A stretch of DNA of 59,263 bases, filler included. It is 7 parts of 7 records of this genome, joined end to end, with 100 filler letters (N's around TTAATTAATTAA, not from the genome) between each part and the next. Parts side by side here need not be neighbours in the genome. Positions count along the whole stretch, not along the records: positions 1 to 14,410 come from SRR31156797_30595; positions 14,511 to 26,800 come from SRR31156797_30622; 5 more parts are not named here. One strand, written 5' to 3'. Shown here piece by piece: positions 11,336 through 21,118 of the stretch. Within the stretch, counting starts at the first letter, position 1. Each line of letters starts with the position of its first letter. The notes under the pieces were generated by a model. The model made no database searches. It was not told where the DNA came from and saw only the letters and a list, made by a program, of their open reading frames with translations. The position numbers were made by a program, and so were the translations under genes.

Positions 11336-13136
11336 CGTGTTCTGCCCAGCTAATCTCACGTTGTACAACACATTGGTCGTCAATACTTAAAACGCCAGTT
11401 TGACCTTCAACCGTATAACCTTCGACGACTTTCATTTGCGGAAGTTCCACCATTAGCTGATAAGCATCCATACCTAGAGCTTGCAGGCGGCGTTCACCGT
11501 TAGAATCTTTCGGCCATAAATGCTCCATTTGCTCGACAATTTCAGGTTGAGGATGGATAAGTAGTGGAATATCACTATAGGTTACGCCAGTTAAGTCTTC
11601 GTACTGACGACCACCACTATTGCTTTTCGAATTTGAGTAAAGCTTAGGTGGTGTTGTGTCTGGGTTAATCGCGACTTCAATAAACGGTTTGATCAGAGTC
11701 AGTTCAGCGCTGCTTGCCACAATATAGACCGAATCGATATCACGGCGGCTACGCGGTTGACTCTCTAAATTAATATTGAGCAGCGATTCCATTTGAGCGA
11801 TGTTCTGTTGGCTGTCTTGTAAGCCAAAGACATTGTTGATGTTACGTTGCAGTTGACGTTTGTCACCAAACAGATTCACAGCAACTTTATTGCTACTGTA
11901 CTTACGCCATTCTTCATTGAATGCATCAACAACACGCTCGCCGTAGTTACTTTGCGGAGCAAGGATTAATGGGTATTGGAAGCCTTGAGATGCAAGGTAT
12001 TTAGCCGCTTGAGCCACTTCTTGTTCTGGTGAAAGCGTTAAGTAGCAAACATCTGAACCTTCGATTAACTCATCAGGGATATTCAGCGCTAACATAGGAA
12101 TGCTTTGCCCTGCATCGCTCTGAATTTGTTGCAGTTGTTCGATTTGCTCTTTTACCAGCGGGCCAACAACGAAATCGATATTTTTCTCTGCAAGCTCTCT
12201 ATTGATCGCTTCTAATGAGTCGGCATTGGTATCAAGGATGGTTAGGCTCGCATTGGGATCGCGGTCCTCATCATTCATCATTGCCATAATGAAACCATCG
12301 CGAATCAGCTGTGCTTGCTTATCAAACTTACCACTTAGAGGCAGCAGTAGCGCCGTATCTTTGGGTTGGATAATGGTCATATCCAAAATGTCGCTGATCG
12401 CTTTTGGCGTGTACATGGCTGCAGGGTGACTTGGATTTTCAGCCAACCAATTTTCTAAACTGTTCTTCAACTGAGGAACGTCATTAGCCAACGTTTTTAC
12501 GTAGATAGCCAATTGCAACCAGCCATCAAGTATTTCTTCTTCTGGCGCCGTTGTCAGTTGAGTAATCGTTTGGCTGGAATATCGTTGTAAGTTGCTCCAG
12601 ATTTGATCAGAAAGCGCTTCGTGTTGCTGCTCTGGAGTAAATTTATAAAGTGCCGCTAGCTCTCTGCTTGATTCAAAAGGACGATCGAGAGCAGTGAAAA
12701 TATCTGCTCTTAGTTGGTGATAGTCATTCCACTGAGAATCAGCCAATACCCAAGCAGCATTAAAGTTCAGTTTGCTTAATGCTTGAGAGTATTGTTCAAC
12801 GTTAAACGCCAGTTGGGCTCTGGCAAGTTGCCATTCCGCTTGTTGCGACTCATTAAGGTTCTGCTTCGATAAGCGATAAATCAGAAGTTCAGCTTGGTCA
12901 GTGTTATTGCTCGCAATCGCGGCTTTCATGGCCATAATCAGCCAGTCGTTTTGCAAGCTGCCTTGGCTGCTGTCAGCTTTCATCAGATAAGTTTGAGTGG
13001 GCTGCTGTGGTTCGCCTGTAATATCAACATATTCCGGTGATGAAGGTTTAGACGAACAAGCTGCCAATGTGATTGCTAGTGCAACTGGAGCGAGTAAGCG
13101 TGGTACACTGCTTCTCTTATGGTTATTTTTAGCCAT
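11295..13136 (-). CDS. lpoA: Penicillin-binding protein activator LpoA
   Basis: Lipobox LAAC, ALLLPLSG, VVGPLVK, PRSRRDID and RLQALGMDAY motifs; divergent from rsmI. Confidence 0.95.
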   Translation of the reverse strand: MAKNNHKRSSVPRLLAPVALAITLAACSSKPSSPEYVDITGEPQQPTQTYLMKADSSQGSLQNDWLIMAMKAAIASNNTDQAELLIYRLSKQNLNESQQAEWQLARAQLAFNVEQYSQALSKLNFNAAWVLADSQWNDYHQLRADIFTALDRPFESSRELAALYKFTPEQQHEALSDQIWSNLQRYSSQTITQLTTAPEEEILDGWLQLAIYVKTLANDVPQLKNSLENWLAENPSHPAAMYTPKAISDILDMTIIQPKDTALLLPLSGKFDKQAQLIRDGFIMAMMNDEDRDPNASLTILDTNADSLEAINRELAEKNIDFVVGPLVKEQIEQLQQIQSDAGQSIPMLALNIPDELIEGSDVCYLTLSPEQEVAQAAKYLASQGFQYPLILAPQSNYGERVVDAFNEEWRKYSSNKVAVNLFGDKRQLQRNINNVFGLQDSQQNIAQMESLLNINLESQPRSRRDIDSVYIVASSAELTLIKPFIEVAINPDTTPPKLYSNSKSNSGGRQYEDLTGVTYSDIPLLIHPQPEIVEQMEHLWPKDSNGERRLQALGMDAYQLMVELPQMKVVEGYTVEGQTGVLSIDDQCVVQREISWAEHGATEQVEQTQSAE

Positions 13137-13200
13137 GCGTTCTTTTCATTATTCCGTGTGAAATTGATTCTATATTAATCGTTGAAGTGATGGTAAACAA

Positions 13201-14064
13201 ATGACAGATAACAAAACCTTGCCGGCAGAAGTCCCAACTTTATATATTGTCCCGACTCCGATCGGCAATTTAGGGGATATTACCCAGCGCGCCTTAGACG
13301 TGCTCTCAAGTGTTGATGTTATCGCAGCGGAAGATACTCGCCATACTGGCAAATTACTTTCTCACTTTAGTATTCAAACCAAAACCTTTGCTTTGCATGA
13401 TCACAACGAACAGCAAAAAGCTCAAGTATTAGTTGAAAAATTGTTAGCTGGTGAGTCGATAGCATTAGTTTCAGATGCTGGTACACCACTTATCAGTGAT
13501 CCAGGATACCATTTGGTTACTCAATGTCGTCAGGCTGGAGTTAAAGTTGTGCCACTTCCAGGTGCATGTGCAGTGATCACTGCATTAAGTGCCTCTGGTC
13601 TACCGTCAGATCGTTTCAGTTTCGAAGGTTTTCTGCCTGCCAAGAGCAAAGGCCGTAAAGACAAGTTTATGGAAATTGCGAAGGTTGAGCGTACTTGTAT
13701 CTTTTATGAGTCCCCGCACCGTATTACGGAATCTTTGCAGGACATGTTGTCAGTGCTTGGCCCGGAACGTGAAGTGGTTTTAGCCCGTGAACTGACCAAA
13801 ACCTACGAAACCATCCAAGGATTGCCATTGGGTGAATTGATTGAATGGATTGAAGAAGACGATAACCGTAAGCGTGGTGAAATGGTTCTGTTGGTTCATG
13901 GCCATCGCGAAGAAGCTAATGCCGACCTTCCTGAAGAGGCTTTGCGCACGTTAGGTATTTTAGTGAAAGAGCTACCACTGAAGAAAGCGGCTGCTTTGGC
14001 GGCAGAAATTTATAACCTTAAAAAGAATGCACTGTATAAGTGGGGATTGGATAACCTCGATTAA
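13201..14064 (+). CDS. rsmI: 16S rRNA C1402 2'-O-methyltransferase
   Basis: [33 protein letters not shown] and RELTK motifs. Confidence 0.98.
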   Translation: MTDNKTLPAEVPTLYIVPTPIGNLGDITQRALDVLSSVDVIAAEDTRHTGKLLSHFSIQTKTFALHDHNEQQKAQVLVEKLLAGESIALVSDAGTPLISDPGYHLVTQCRQAGVKVVPLPGACAVITALSASGLPSDRFSFEGFLPAKSKGRKDKFMEIAKVERTCIFYESPHRITESLQDMLSVLGPEREVVLARELTKTYETIQGLPLGELIEWIEEDDNRKRGEMVLLVHGHREEANADLPEEALRTLGILVKELPLKKAAALAAEIYNLKKNALYKWGLDNLD

Positions 14065-14129
14065 TCGCTGGCTTTTTCATCATCTGAGGTTACTTAGGTA
14101 TATAATTAGTCCACGAAAGGGATTCTTCC

Positions 14130-14158
14130 TAGACAGTGGACATAGTTATCTATAGAAT
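14130..14158 (+). promoter_or_regulatory. Sigma-70 promoter of rnpB
   Basis: TAGACA-17 nt-TAGAAT with a GC-rich discriminator (TCGCGCTC) directly before the RNA. Confidence 0.7.
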
Positions 14159-14166
14159 TCGCGCTC

Positions 14167-14410
<244 letters not shown>

Positions 14411-14510
14411 NNNNNNNNNNNNNNNNNNNNNNNNNNNNNNNNNNNNNNNNNNNNTTAATTAATTAANNNNNNNNNNNNNNNNNNNNNNNNNNNNNNNNNN
14501 NNNNNNNNNN
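14411..14510. other. Artificial contig spacer
   Basis: N run with a central TTAATTAATTAA (stop in all six frames). Confidence 0.99.
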
Positions 14511-14511
14511 C

Positions 14512-15384
14512 ACCATCGCCCATACGGTGGGCGCCATCGGATCCGGTGCCAAGGCGACGGTGGTATTCGGCAGCGCCTGGTTCGGACTGTTCTCCGCGGT
14601 CATGACCCTGATGATCCTTTTCCTCTCCGAAATCATCCCCAAAACCATGGGCGCCGTCTACTGGCGGAATCTGGCCGGGCTCACGGCGCGGTTTACCATG
14701 GGATTGATATGGGTATTGTATCCCCTGATCTGGATCTCGGAAGCATTGACCCGCCTGGTGGCCCGTGGAAAAGACGCCCATGTGTTCAGCCGGGATGAAT
14801 TCGTGGCCATGGCCGGCATCGGGGAGCGCGCCGGAAAAATAGACCCGCGCGAATCACGAATCATCCGGAATCTGTTCCGGTTCGATTCCCTGACCGCCAG
14901 CGACATTATGACACCTCGAACGGTGATTGCGGGGCTTCCGGAGGAGATGAGCGTCACCGAAGCGCTGGATACCAAACCGACCGTAACCTTCTCACGGCTC
15001 CCCATCTATCAGGAAGATCTGGACCATATCACCGGATTCATTCTCAAGGACGACTTACTGAACACAAAGGCAACGGATGGCGGTGAGGTCAAAATCGAGA
15101 CATTGAAACGGGAAATCAAAACCGTACCCGGCAACATCTCCCTTTCGAACCTGTTCGGATTTCTATTGGACAAACGCCGGCACATGGCCCTGGTGGTAGA
15201 TGAGTACGGTGGGACAAAAGGTCTGGTGACCACCGAGGATGTGATCGAAACCCTTCTGGGCCTGGAAATCGTGGACGAAATGGATGAGGTTCAGGACATG
15301 CAGCTCCTGGCAAGAGAGCAGTGGGCCAAACGGGCCAAAACCCTCGGCTTGGACGTCAACGCGGAGCAAATCGCAGAGGGGTAA
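14512..15384 (+). CDS. CNNM/CorC family (DUF21 + CBS pair) membrane protein, 5'-truncated
   Basis: ILFLSEIIPKT, IMTPR, FSRLPIY and VVDEYGG motifs; frame open to the contig edge. Confidence 0.92.
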   Translation, partial: TIAHTVGAIGSGAKATVVFGSAWFGLFSAVMTLMILFLSEIIPKTMGAVYWRNLAGLTARFTMGLIWVLYPLIWISEALTRLVARGKDAHVFSRDEFVAMAGIGERAGKIDPRESRIIRNLFRFDSLTASDIMTPRTVIAGLPEEMSVTEALDTKPTVTFSRLPIYQEDLDHITGFILKDDLLNTKATDGGEVKIETLKREIKTVPGNISLSNLFGFLLDKRRHMALVVDEYGGTKGLVTTEDVIETLLGLEIVDEMDEVQDMQLLAREQWAKRAKTLGLDVNAEQIAEG

Positions 15385-15400
15385 ATCATCAACAGATTTG

Positions 15401-15470
15401 CGGATCCCGGATTCAGAGGTTCAACATCAGCACCCATTCCCTAACCCTGAACCACGGAATCCGCGAACCG
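15401..15470. repeat. Imperfect 23-bp inverted repeat between convergent genes
   Basis: CGGATCCCGGATTCAGAGGTTCA versus TGAACCACGGAATCCGCGAACCG, 19 of 23 positions complementary. Confidence 0.65.
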
Positions 15471-15495
15471 TCAGCCATGTTCAGCTGGAGGGATA

Positions 15496-16539
15496 TCAGC
15501 CGAAGAGAACTTCGTCCCCATTGCCGATATAGAGTTTACTTTTCGATCCGTAACGGGCCGTTCCCTTTTCCATGGGATATCCGAGCTTGACCATCTTCTC
15601 AACAGCGGCCAGACCCGTACAGTGATTGCAGGCCACTTTCTTGAAACCATATTTGGCCATGCCGTCAATCAGGTATTCACGTTCTGGCTTTACCGGCCCG
15701 AAAGGCGCAATATGGAGCCCCCCGTAAACGCCGTACATCTTATCACCCCCGACGATTTTCTCCTGTGCGAAATCAGCCAGGGTCAGGATACCCTGATGAC
15801 AGCAACCGGTAACGCAGACAATCCCCTTATCCTTCACATTGAAGTATAAGGACTGCTCACCCCGCACACGGATGACAATGGGCAGGTCAAAGGCCGCCAG
15901 GGCACAGCCGTCGTAAAGCTTATTGACTTCTTTGGGTTTGCACTGGACCAGTTCACCTCGATGTTTAATACGATTCCTGGCATTGGCCTCAAAATACTCG
16001 GTCCCCCTCAGATAAAACATCCCTTCAGGATAAAATGTGCTGGGAATAATGATCTTGATGTTGGGATTGTACTTAAGGGTTGTTTCCAAACCCCAATAAT
16101 GATCCAGATGCTCGTGGCTGATAACGAGGGTCTCTATCTCGCCGTTTTTCAGCATCTTATCAATACCTTCCCGTTTGAAGGCCTCGTCCATGTAATCCCG
16201 ACCCCATCCGGTATCCAGGAGGATTTTGTGATGGCGCCCATCCAGGGTTTCCATGTCGATCAACGTACAACTCCCTGCGGCATTCTTGGGATCCCAGGGG
16301 ATGGTCCACTGGTTCGTTTTCCCCCCACCGGCCGCCTTCATCTGGCCGATCAGTTTTTTGCTATCGAACCACCCCACTTCGGAAATACACTTGACCCTCA
16401 CATTCTTGCATTGACCGATGTCATGCCGTCCGCTTGCAAGGGCCTTTGAGGGCTTGCTCAAAACAGCGCTTCCGAGCCCCAATACCGCGCCGCCGATGGC
16501 CACGTTCTTAATGAAATCCCTTCTATTGATCCCTTTCAT
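15496..16539 (-). CDS. Tat-exported MBL-fold metallo-hydrolase (MJ0301/TM1681-like subgroup)
   Basis: NRRDFIK twin-arginine signal; LLDTG, SHEHLDH, TGCCH, GGLH and HCTG motifs. Confidence 0.85.
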   Translation of the reverse strand: MKGINRRDFIKNVAIGGAVLGLGSAVLSKPSKALASGRHDIGQCKNVRVKCISEVGWFDSKKLIGQMKAAGGGKTNQWTIPWDPKNAAGSCTLIDMETLDGRHHKILLDTGWGRDYMDEAFKREGIDKMLKNGEIETLVISHEHLDHYWGLETTLKYNPNIKIIIPSTFYPEGMFYLRGTEYFEANARNRIKHRGELVQCKPKEVNKLYDGCALAAFDLPIVIRVRGEQSLYFNVKDKGIVCVTGCCHQGILTLADFAQEKIVGGDKMYGVYGGLHIAPFGPVKPEREYLIDGMAKYGFKKVACNHCTGLAAVEKMVKLGYPMEKGTARYGSKSKLYIGNGDEVLFG

Positions 16540-16731
16540 ACCACCCTCCTTGATAAAACAATTGACCTTTATACGATGCCTTTACCAACCGCAAACCACC
16601 GATTCCTTAATCTCCTTATCTTGTAGGGTTAATATTTAATATCCCAGTCACTTTAAAGGATCTCCTTTCCGACAAACAGAGATCCCGATGGCCCGGTCCA
16701 GGGAAACGCTTTTTTGGCATGGAGCGCATTT

Positions 16732-17388
16732 TCATCCCTTCTCCATGGTGGCCAAAAAAGCGTCGAGGGCTGCAAGGATATGCAGTTTGACCGTTTTTTC
16801 AACATCATCGGGTGAAACCTTTTTTTCATTGAAAAGATCTGCTATTTCACGATGAACACTGAGTGGATCTCCAAAGTCCTCTTCATAAAATTGATAGGTA
16901 TTCCGATGCCACAATGTGCAGATACGCAAATTCAGGATGATGTTAATCAAGGTCTGATTTTGTGAAGCCATAATAAAAACATCATGAAAGGCAATATGGT
17001 GTCTGGAGTATTCGGGGAAATCGTTTTCATATATGGAGAGGCGCATATGCACGAGGCATTTTTCCATTTCATTCACAAGCCCCTTTGGACTGTTTTCATA
17101 GGCAAGACGGGCTGCAAGCCCTTCCAAATTAGCCCGTAAGGGAAAAATCTCTTTAATATCTTTTCCACTGATTTTTCTTACAAATGCGCCCTTCCAGGGG
17201 AGTATCTCAACAAGGCCTTCATTCTCCAAAATCCGGAAGGCCTCCCTCAGGGGTGTACGACTCACATCGAATTCCCGTTTCAGCTTCTCTTCCAGGAGCT
17301 GCTCGCCCCCTTTAAGCTTTCCGGTCAGTATGCCATCTTTCAACACATTGGCAATCTGTTGAACTAATGTGAGAGATTTGAAAACCAT
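16732..17388 (-). CDS. GntR/FadR (FCD) transcriptional regulator
   Basis: wHTH VSRTPLREAF..LENEGLV plus an FCD-like C-terminus; start moved to MVFKS. Confidence 0.92.
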   Translation of the reverse strand: MVFKSLTLVQQIANVLKDGILTGKLKGGEQLLEEKLKREFDVSRTPLREAFRILENEGLVEILPWKGAFVRKISGKDIKEIFPLRANLEGLAARLAYENSPKGLVNEMEKCLVHMRLSIYENDFPEYSRHHIAFHDVFIMASQNQTLINIILNLRICTLWHRNTYQFYEEDFGDPLSVHREIADLFNEKKVSPDDVEKTVKLHILAALDAFLATMEKG

Positions 17389-17458
17389 TGTGATCACTTC
17401 CCGGAAAGGAGGCCGGTTCATGAAAGTCTAATCGAAAAAAATATTACCGATAAACACT

Positions 17459-17468
17459 TTGTCGACAA
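17459..17468. promoter_or_regulatory. Candidate GntR-family operator
   Basis: Perfect palindrome TTGTCGACAA about 70 nt upstream of the GntR gene. Confidence 0.5.
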
Positions 17469-17585
17469 TATGCTGAATAAATTAACGCTGTCAAGAAAAA
17501 GCATCATTTTCTTTCCATATTCATGATTTCCCAACGGGCTTAATATAAAGGTGTAATTACCAGGAAATCCCGGGGGACATCTTGC

Positions 17586-19379
17586 TTAATCAAGGTGCTT
17601 GTTTTTCCAAGGCTCCATCTTGGCTATCTTGCGGTAAAGGGTGCTCAGGCTGATCCCGAGGTACCGGGCGGCCCGGCGTTTGCCCGCCGTGTGGCGGCCA
17701 TAGGTTTCCAGGGCCAATCGGACCTGTCTTTTTTCAAGCTCCTCCAGGGACACGAGGGGAACGGAAGGCTCTTCCGGTGAATTCGATTCCGGTTGGGGAG
17801 GCGGTTCCTGACAGCGCGGTGTCGATCGGGGTCCGGCGCCGACAGTATGGCCGTGAAAGTCTAGGTCTTCCATTTCCACTTTCCGGCCTCGAACCATATT
17901 CATGACGTATTCGATCAGGTTTTTCAGTTCCCGAACATTGCCCGGCCAGTAATATTGCGCAAAATGCGCCATGGCTTCATCTGAAAATCCATGAAAATCG
18001 CTTTCGGGTAAAAGCTCTTTTAAGATGCCCACAAAATGTTCCAGCAGCAAGGGGATGTCCCGGACGCGGTCTCTCAAGGGGGGTACGGTCAGGGGAACGA
18101 CGGCCAGGCGATAGTACAAATCCGGTAAAAAACGCCCCTCGGCCACGGCCCGCTTGAGATCCATATTGCTGGCGGACAGGATCCGGACGTCCACCTGCCG
18201 CCTTTGTTCATCGCCTAGCCGCTGCACCAGCCCGTCTTCTATGATCCGGAGGACCTTGGCCTGATTGGACAGGGACAAACGGCTGACTTCGTCGAGGAAG
18301 AGGGTGCCGCCGTGGGCCGCTGAAAAGAGGCCGGCTTTACCCTTATTAACGGCACCCGTAAAGGCGCCCGGCGCGTAACCGAAAAATTCGCTCTCAAATA
18401 GCGAATCGGGTATGGCCGCGCAATTGACGGTTTCAAAAGTCCCCGCCCAACGTGGGCTGCGCTGATGGATGTATCTGGCCACCAACTCCTTGCCCGCGCC
18501 CGTTTCCCCGACGATCAGAACCGTGGAACTGCTGCGCGCCACATTGGCCGCTTGTTCCCGCAGCCGCATGATCGCCCCGGAAGTCCCCACGATCATGGAA
18601 AGGGACGGGGAAGTCAGATGGGATCCCCGCCAGGTCCCACTGGGGGCGGTTCTATCCGAGACAACCACCACATGACCGGATACCCCATCTCCACCGGTCA
18701 AGGGATAGTCCCGCCGGCGATAGGCCTTGAGCATCCCGGAGCCGGAGTGCCCGGACCCACCGGTTTTCAACTCCTCCCGGATGATCCGGGACAGATCTTT
18801 TTTACCGCTCGCATCCGGTTTCACACGAAAAAGATGTTCGGCCCGCTGGTTAAGATTGACGACTTCGTAATCCGCAGTGGTCAGTATCAGACCTTCTTCA
18901 AAAAAATCGATAAATTCTCTGGTCCCGGGGTGGCGGAAAAAATGATGCTGGTCCAGCTCAGCCGTTTCCCAGAAATATCCGAGACGTTCGGAAATGTCGC
19001 ACAGAAACGACGACCGGGTAATCATATTCCGCCGCTGGTTTTCGGAAAAACTCAAAAAACCGATCAACCCCTTGATCCGGTCTTTATTGATCAGGGGTCT
19101 GCATATGACCATGGAGTAGGGACAAAGGCCCCGGTATTCGCACCGGTTGCACTGGCGGGTGTACCGGGGATTGACCACGGTCTGGCCGTCGCCCCGGTTA
19201 ATGGTCACGTCCACATAGGAATCGTGGGGCCGCCGGGTCCCGATATTGGCGCGGTAGGAACCGGTTCCGGCAACAGCCATCATGGCATCGTCCACCACGA
19301 ACACGTCCACGCCCAAAGTGAACTTGATGAGTTCAGTGACGGTCTGGAGGTTTTTCTGGTAGGTTAGAAGATCGCTCAT
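17586..19379 (-). CDS. Sigma-54-dependent enhancer-binding protein (sensory N-terminus, AAA+, Fis HTH)
   Basis: GETGAGKE, ESEFFGYAPGAFTGA, LFLDEV, WPGNVREL and LGISLSTLYRK motifs. Confidence 0.95.
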   Translation of the reverse strand: MSDLLTYQKNLQTVTELIKFTLGVDVFVVDDAMMAVAGTGSYRANIGTRRPHDSYVDVTINRGDGQTVVNPRYTRQCNRCEYRGLCPYSMVICRPLINKDRIKGLIGFLSFSENQRRNMITRSSFLCDISERLGYFWETAELDQHHFFRHPGTREFIDFFEEGLILTTADYEVVNLNQRAEHLFRVKPDASGKKDLSRIIREELKTGGSGHSGSGMLKAYRRRDYPLTGGDGVSGHVVVVSDRTAPSGTWRGSHLTSPSLSMIVGTSGAIMRLREQAANVARSSSTVLIVGETGAGKELVARYIHQRSPRWAGTFETVNCAAIPDSLFESEFFGYAPGAFTGAVNKGKAGLFSAAHGGTLFLDEVSRLSLSNQAKVLRIIEDGLVQRLGDEQRRQVDVRILSASNMDLKRAVAEGRFLPDLYYRLAVVPLTVPPLRDRVRDIPLLLEHFVGILKELLPESDFHGFSDEAMAHFAQYYWPGNVRELKNLIEYVMNMVRGRKVEMEDLDFHGHTVGAGPRSTPRCQEPPPQPESNSPEEPSVPLVSLEELEKRQVRLALETYGRHTAGKRRAARYLGISLSTLYRKIAKMEPWKNKHLD

Positions 19380-19440
19380 ACCGGTATCCTTTTTACCGAA
19401 ATTACGCGTTCACCGCCAGATTAGTATAAAGGAAACAGTT

Positions 19441-19495
19441 TTGTCAAAAAGAGAATCATTGTCAAAAACCAAAGATGGAATTCCCAAATTGAGAA
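19441..19495. promoter_or_regulatory. Candidate upstream activator sites for the sigma-54 activator
   Basis: TTGTCA-AAA-AGAGAA and TTCCCA-AAT-TGAGAA, 40 bp apart, approximating TTCTCA-N3-TGAGAA. Confidence 0.4.
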
Positions 19496-19601
19496 TTGCA
19501 ATGTCCAAAAGTCGGGCCAACCAAAACATGGAAGGGAGCGACAGCTGATAAATACCCGAGTACACATGAGAATTATACACCTCACCCTGTCTCATCGAAA
19601 G

Positions 19602-19617
19602 CGGCACGCTCCTTGCT
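19602..19617 (+). promoter_or_regulatory. Sigma-54 (-24/-12) promoter
   Basis: CGGCACGCTCCTTGCT has GG-N10-GC matching TGGCAC-N5-TTGC; divergent from a bEBP gene. Confidence 0.85.
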
Positions 19618-19724
19618 TTATTCCCGGCGACAACGGTTAAATCAATTTAAAAAGCGGGTCCCGGACCAAAACGGCCATGAAGCTGTTTTCGTCCGGCAGA
19701 CTGGCACTCATGGAGGTTGAGGAG

Positions 19725-21077
19725 ATGGTGCACGAAGAGTATTACAAGTTATTGGACCCCAAATTCAAATACACCAGGGCTTTCTGCACGGAGGATGAGG
19801 TCCAGATGGCCGAGACCATGCGTCAATTTGTCAACAAGGAGATAATGCCTCACCGGCACGATCTTGAAGGCGGCTGGCACCGGGATGAAAAACTGGCCGT
19901 TGAAACCCAGCATGAACTCTACGCCAAATTGGTGGATTTGGGCGTGACCAAATCGAACCTCCCGGAAGCCTACGGCGGCTTGGGACTTTCTCCGGTGGTC
20001 CGCCAAATGGTCAATGAAGAGCTTTCCCGCGGGGATATCGGTCTGGCGACCATGGTGGGTAAAATTCATTGGATCGTCTCCTTTATGCTGGCAGCCGGGC
20101 GTGATGATCTGCTCAAGGAATTCGCGCCGCGCATCGTGGGCGAAAAATCGTACACAGCCTGTGTGGCCATAACCGAACCGGCAGGGGGCGCCAATCTGGA
20201 AGATCCGGCCCAGGAATTTCGGACCATCCGGACCATTGCCAAAGAAGACGGCGGGGACTGGGTCATCAACGGTCACAAAATATGGCCCGGGCCATCCGGT
20301 CCCCTGGAACGCTTTCAGAGCCGCCACATGGAAGGGCACCTGGGATATTGGACGGTCTGCACCACGGATCCCTCCCTGGGCCCGGACGGCGTGGCCCTGA
20401 TTCATATCCCGCCGGATGCCAAAGGGATGGAATTCTCCAAACCGTATGAAAAAATGGGGTTTTGCTGGTCCGACGATAACGTGGACATTTACCTGGACAA
20501 CGTGCGCGTGCCCAAGCGCTTTCGCATCGACACCGAACCGGGCCAGGGCGCCCATATCGTTAAAGCCTATGTGATCGGGATGGGCCGCTTGGCCGGTGCG
20601 GCGCGTCTTACCGGTTTGTCCCAAGCGGCCCTGGAAATTGTTCTCAATTCAGCCAAACACCGGGAGATCGTGGGGCAGCCCATGCGGGAACGGTCCCTGT
20701 TCGCCAATCACCTGGCCGAGATGTTCCGCCATATGGAGTTGGCCCGTCAATATTACCTCTCGGTCACCTGGCAGGTCATGCACCCTGAAATTTACGGCAA
20801 GCACTGGACGGCGGAAATGATCGCCAAATATTCGGCGGCCCGCTCTTTTGCCGGCGATTGCGCCAAATTCATCTGCAACCTGGGCATGGAGATGATGGGT
20901 TCCTACGGATACGCCTACGAATTCAACCTGGAAAAATATATGCGGGATTACAAGATCACGCAGATGTGGCTCGGGGGGGCCCAACGGGACCGGCTGGATA
21001 TTGCCCAAGGGTTGTACGGACCTTTCAAATGGGGCGGTTCTGAAACATTTGAAAAAACGCAGGAACCGACAAACTGA
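19725..21077 (+). CDS. Acyl-CoA dehydrogenase family protein with non-canonical active site
   Basis: AITEPAGG, WVINGHKIW, LDNVRVP and GSYGY..E..LEKYMRDYKI motifs; start at the ATG after GAGGAG. Confidence 0.9.
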   Translation: MVHEEYYKLLDPKFKYTRAFCTEDEVQMAETMRQFVNKEIMPHRHDLEGGWHRDEKLAVETQHELYAKLVDLGVTKSNLPEAYGGLGLSPVVRQMVNEELSRGDIGLATMVGKIHWIVSFMLAAGRDDLLKEFAPRIVGEKSYTACVAITEPAGGANLEDPAQEFRTIRTIAKEDGGDWVINGHKIWPGPSGPLERFQSRHMEGHLGYWTVCTTDPSLGPDGVALIHIPPDAKGMEFSKPYEKMGFCWSDDNVDIYLDNVRVPKRFRIDTEPGQGAHIVKAYVIGMGRLAGAARLTGLSQAALEIVLNSAKHREIVGQPMRERSLFANHLAEMFRHMELARQYYLSVTWQVMHPEIYGKHWTAEMIAKYSAARSFAGDCAKFICNLGMEMMGSYGYAYEFNLEKYMRDYKITQMWLGGAQRDRLDIAQGLYGPFKWGGSETFEKTQEPTN

Positions 21078-21118
21078 TGGACATGATCGTTGCTGAAGGT
21101 TGAAAAGGGAGAAAAAGC

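Noticed and set aside
11295-11383. lpoA/yraN overlap with a short duplicated segment (NKLNKL / EQVEQ)
   Set aside because: A short overlap is normal for this operon and the yraN start is uncertain; not evidence of dual coding.
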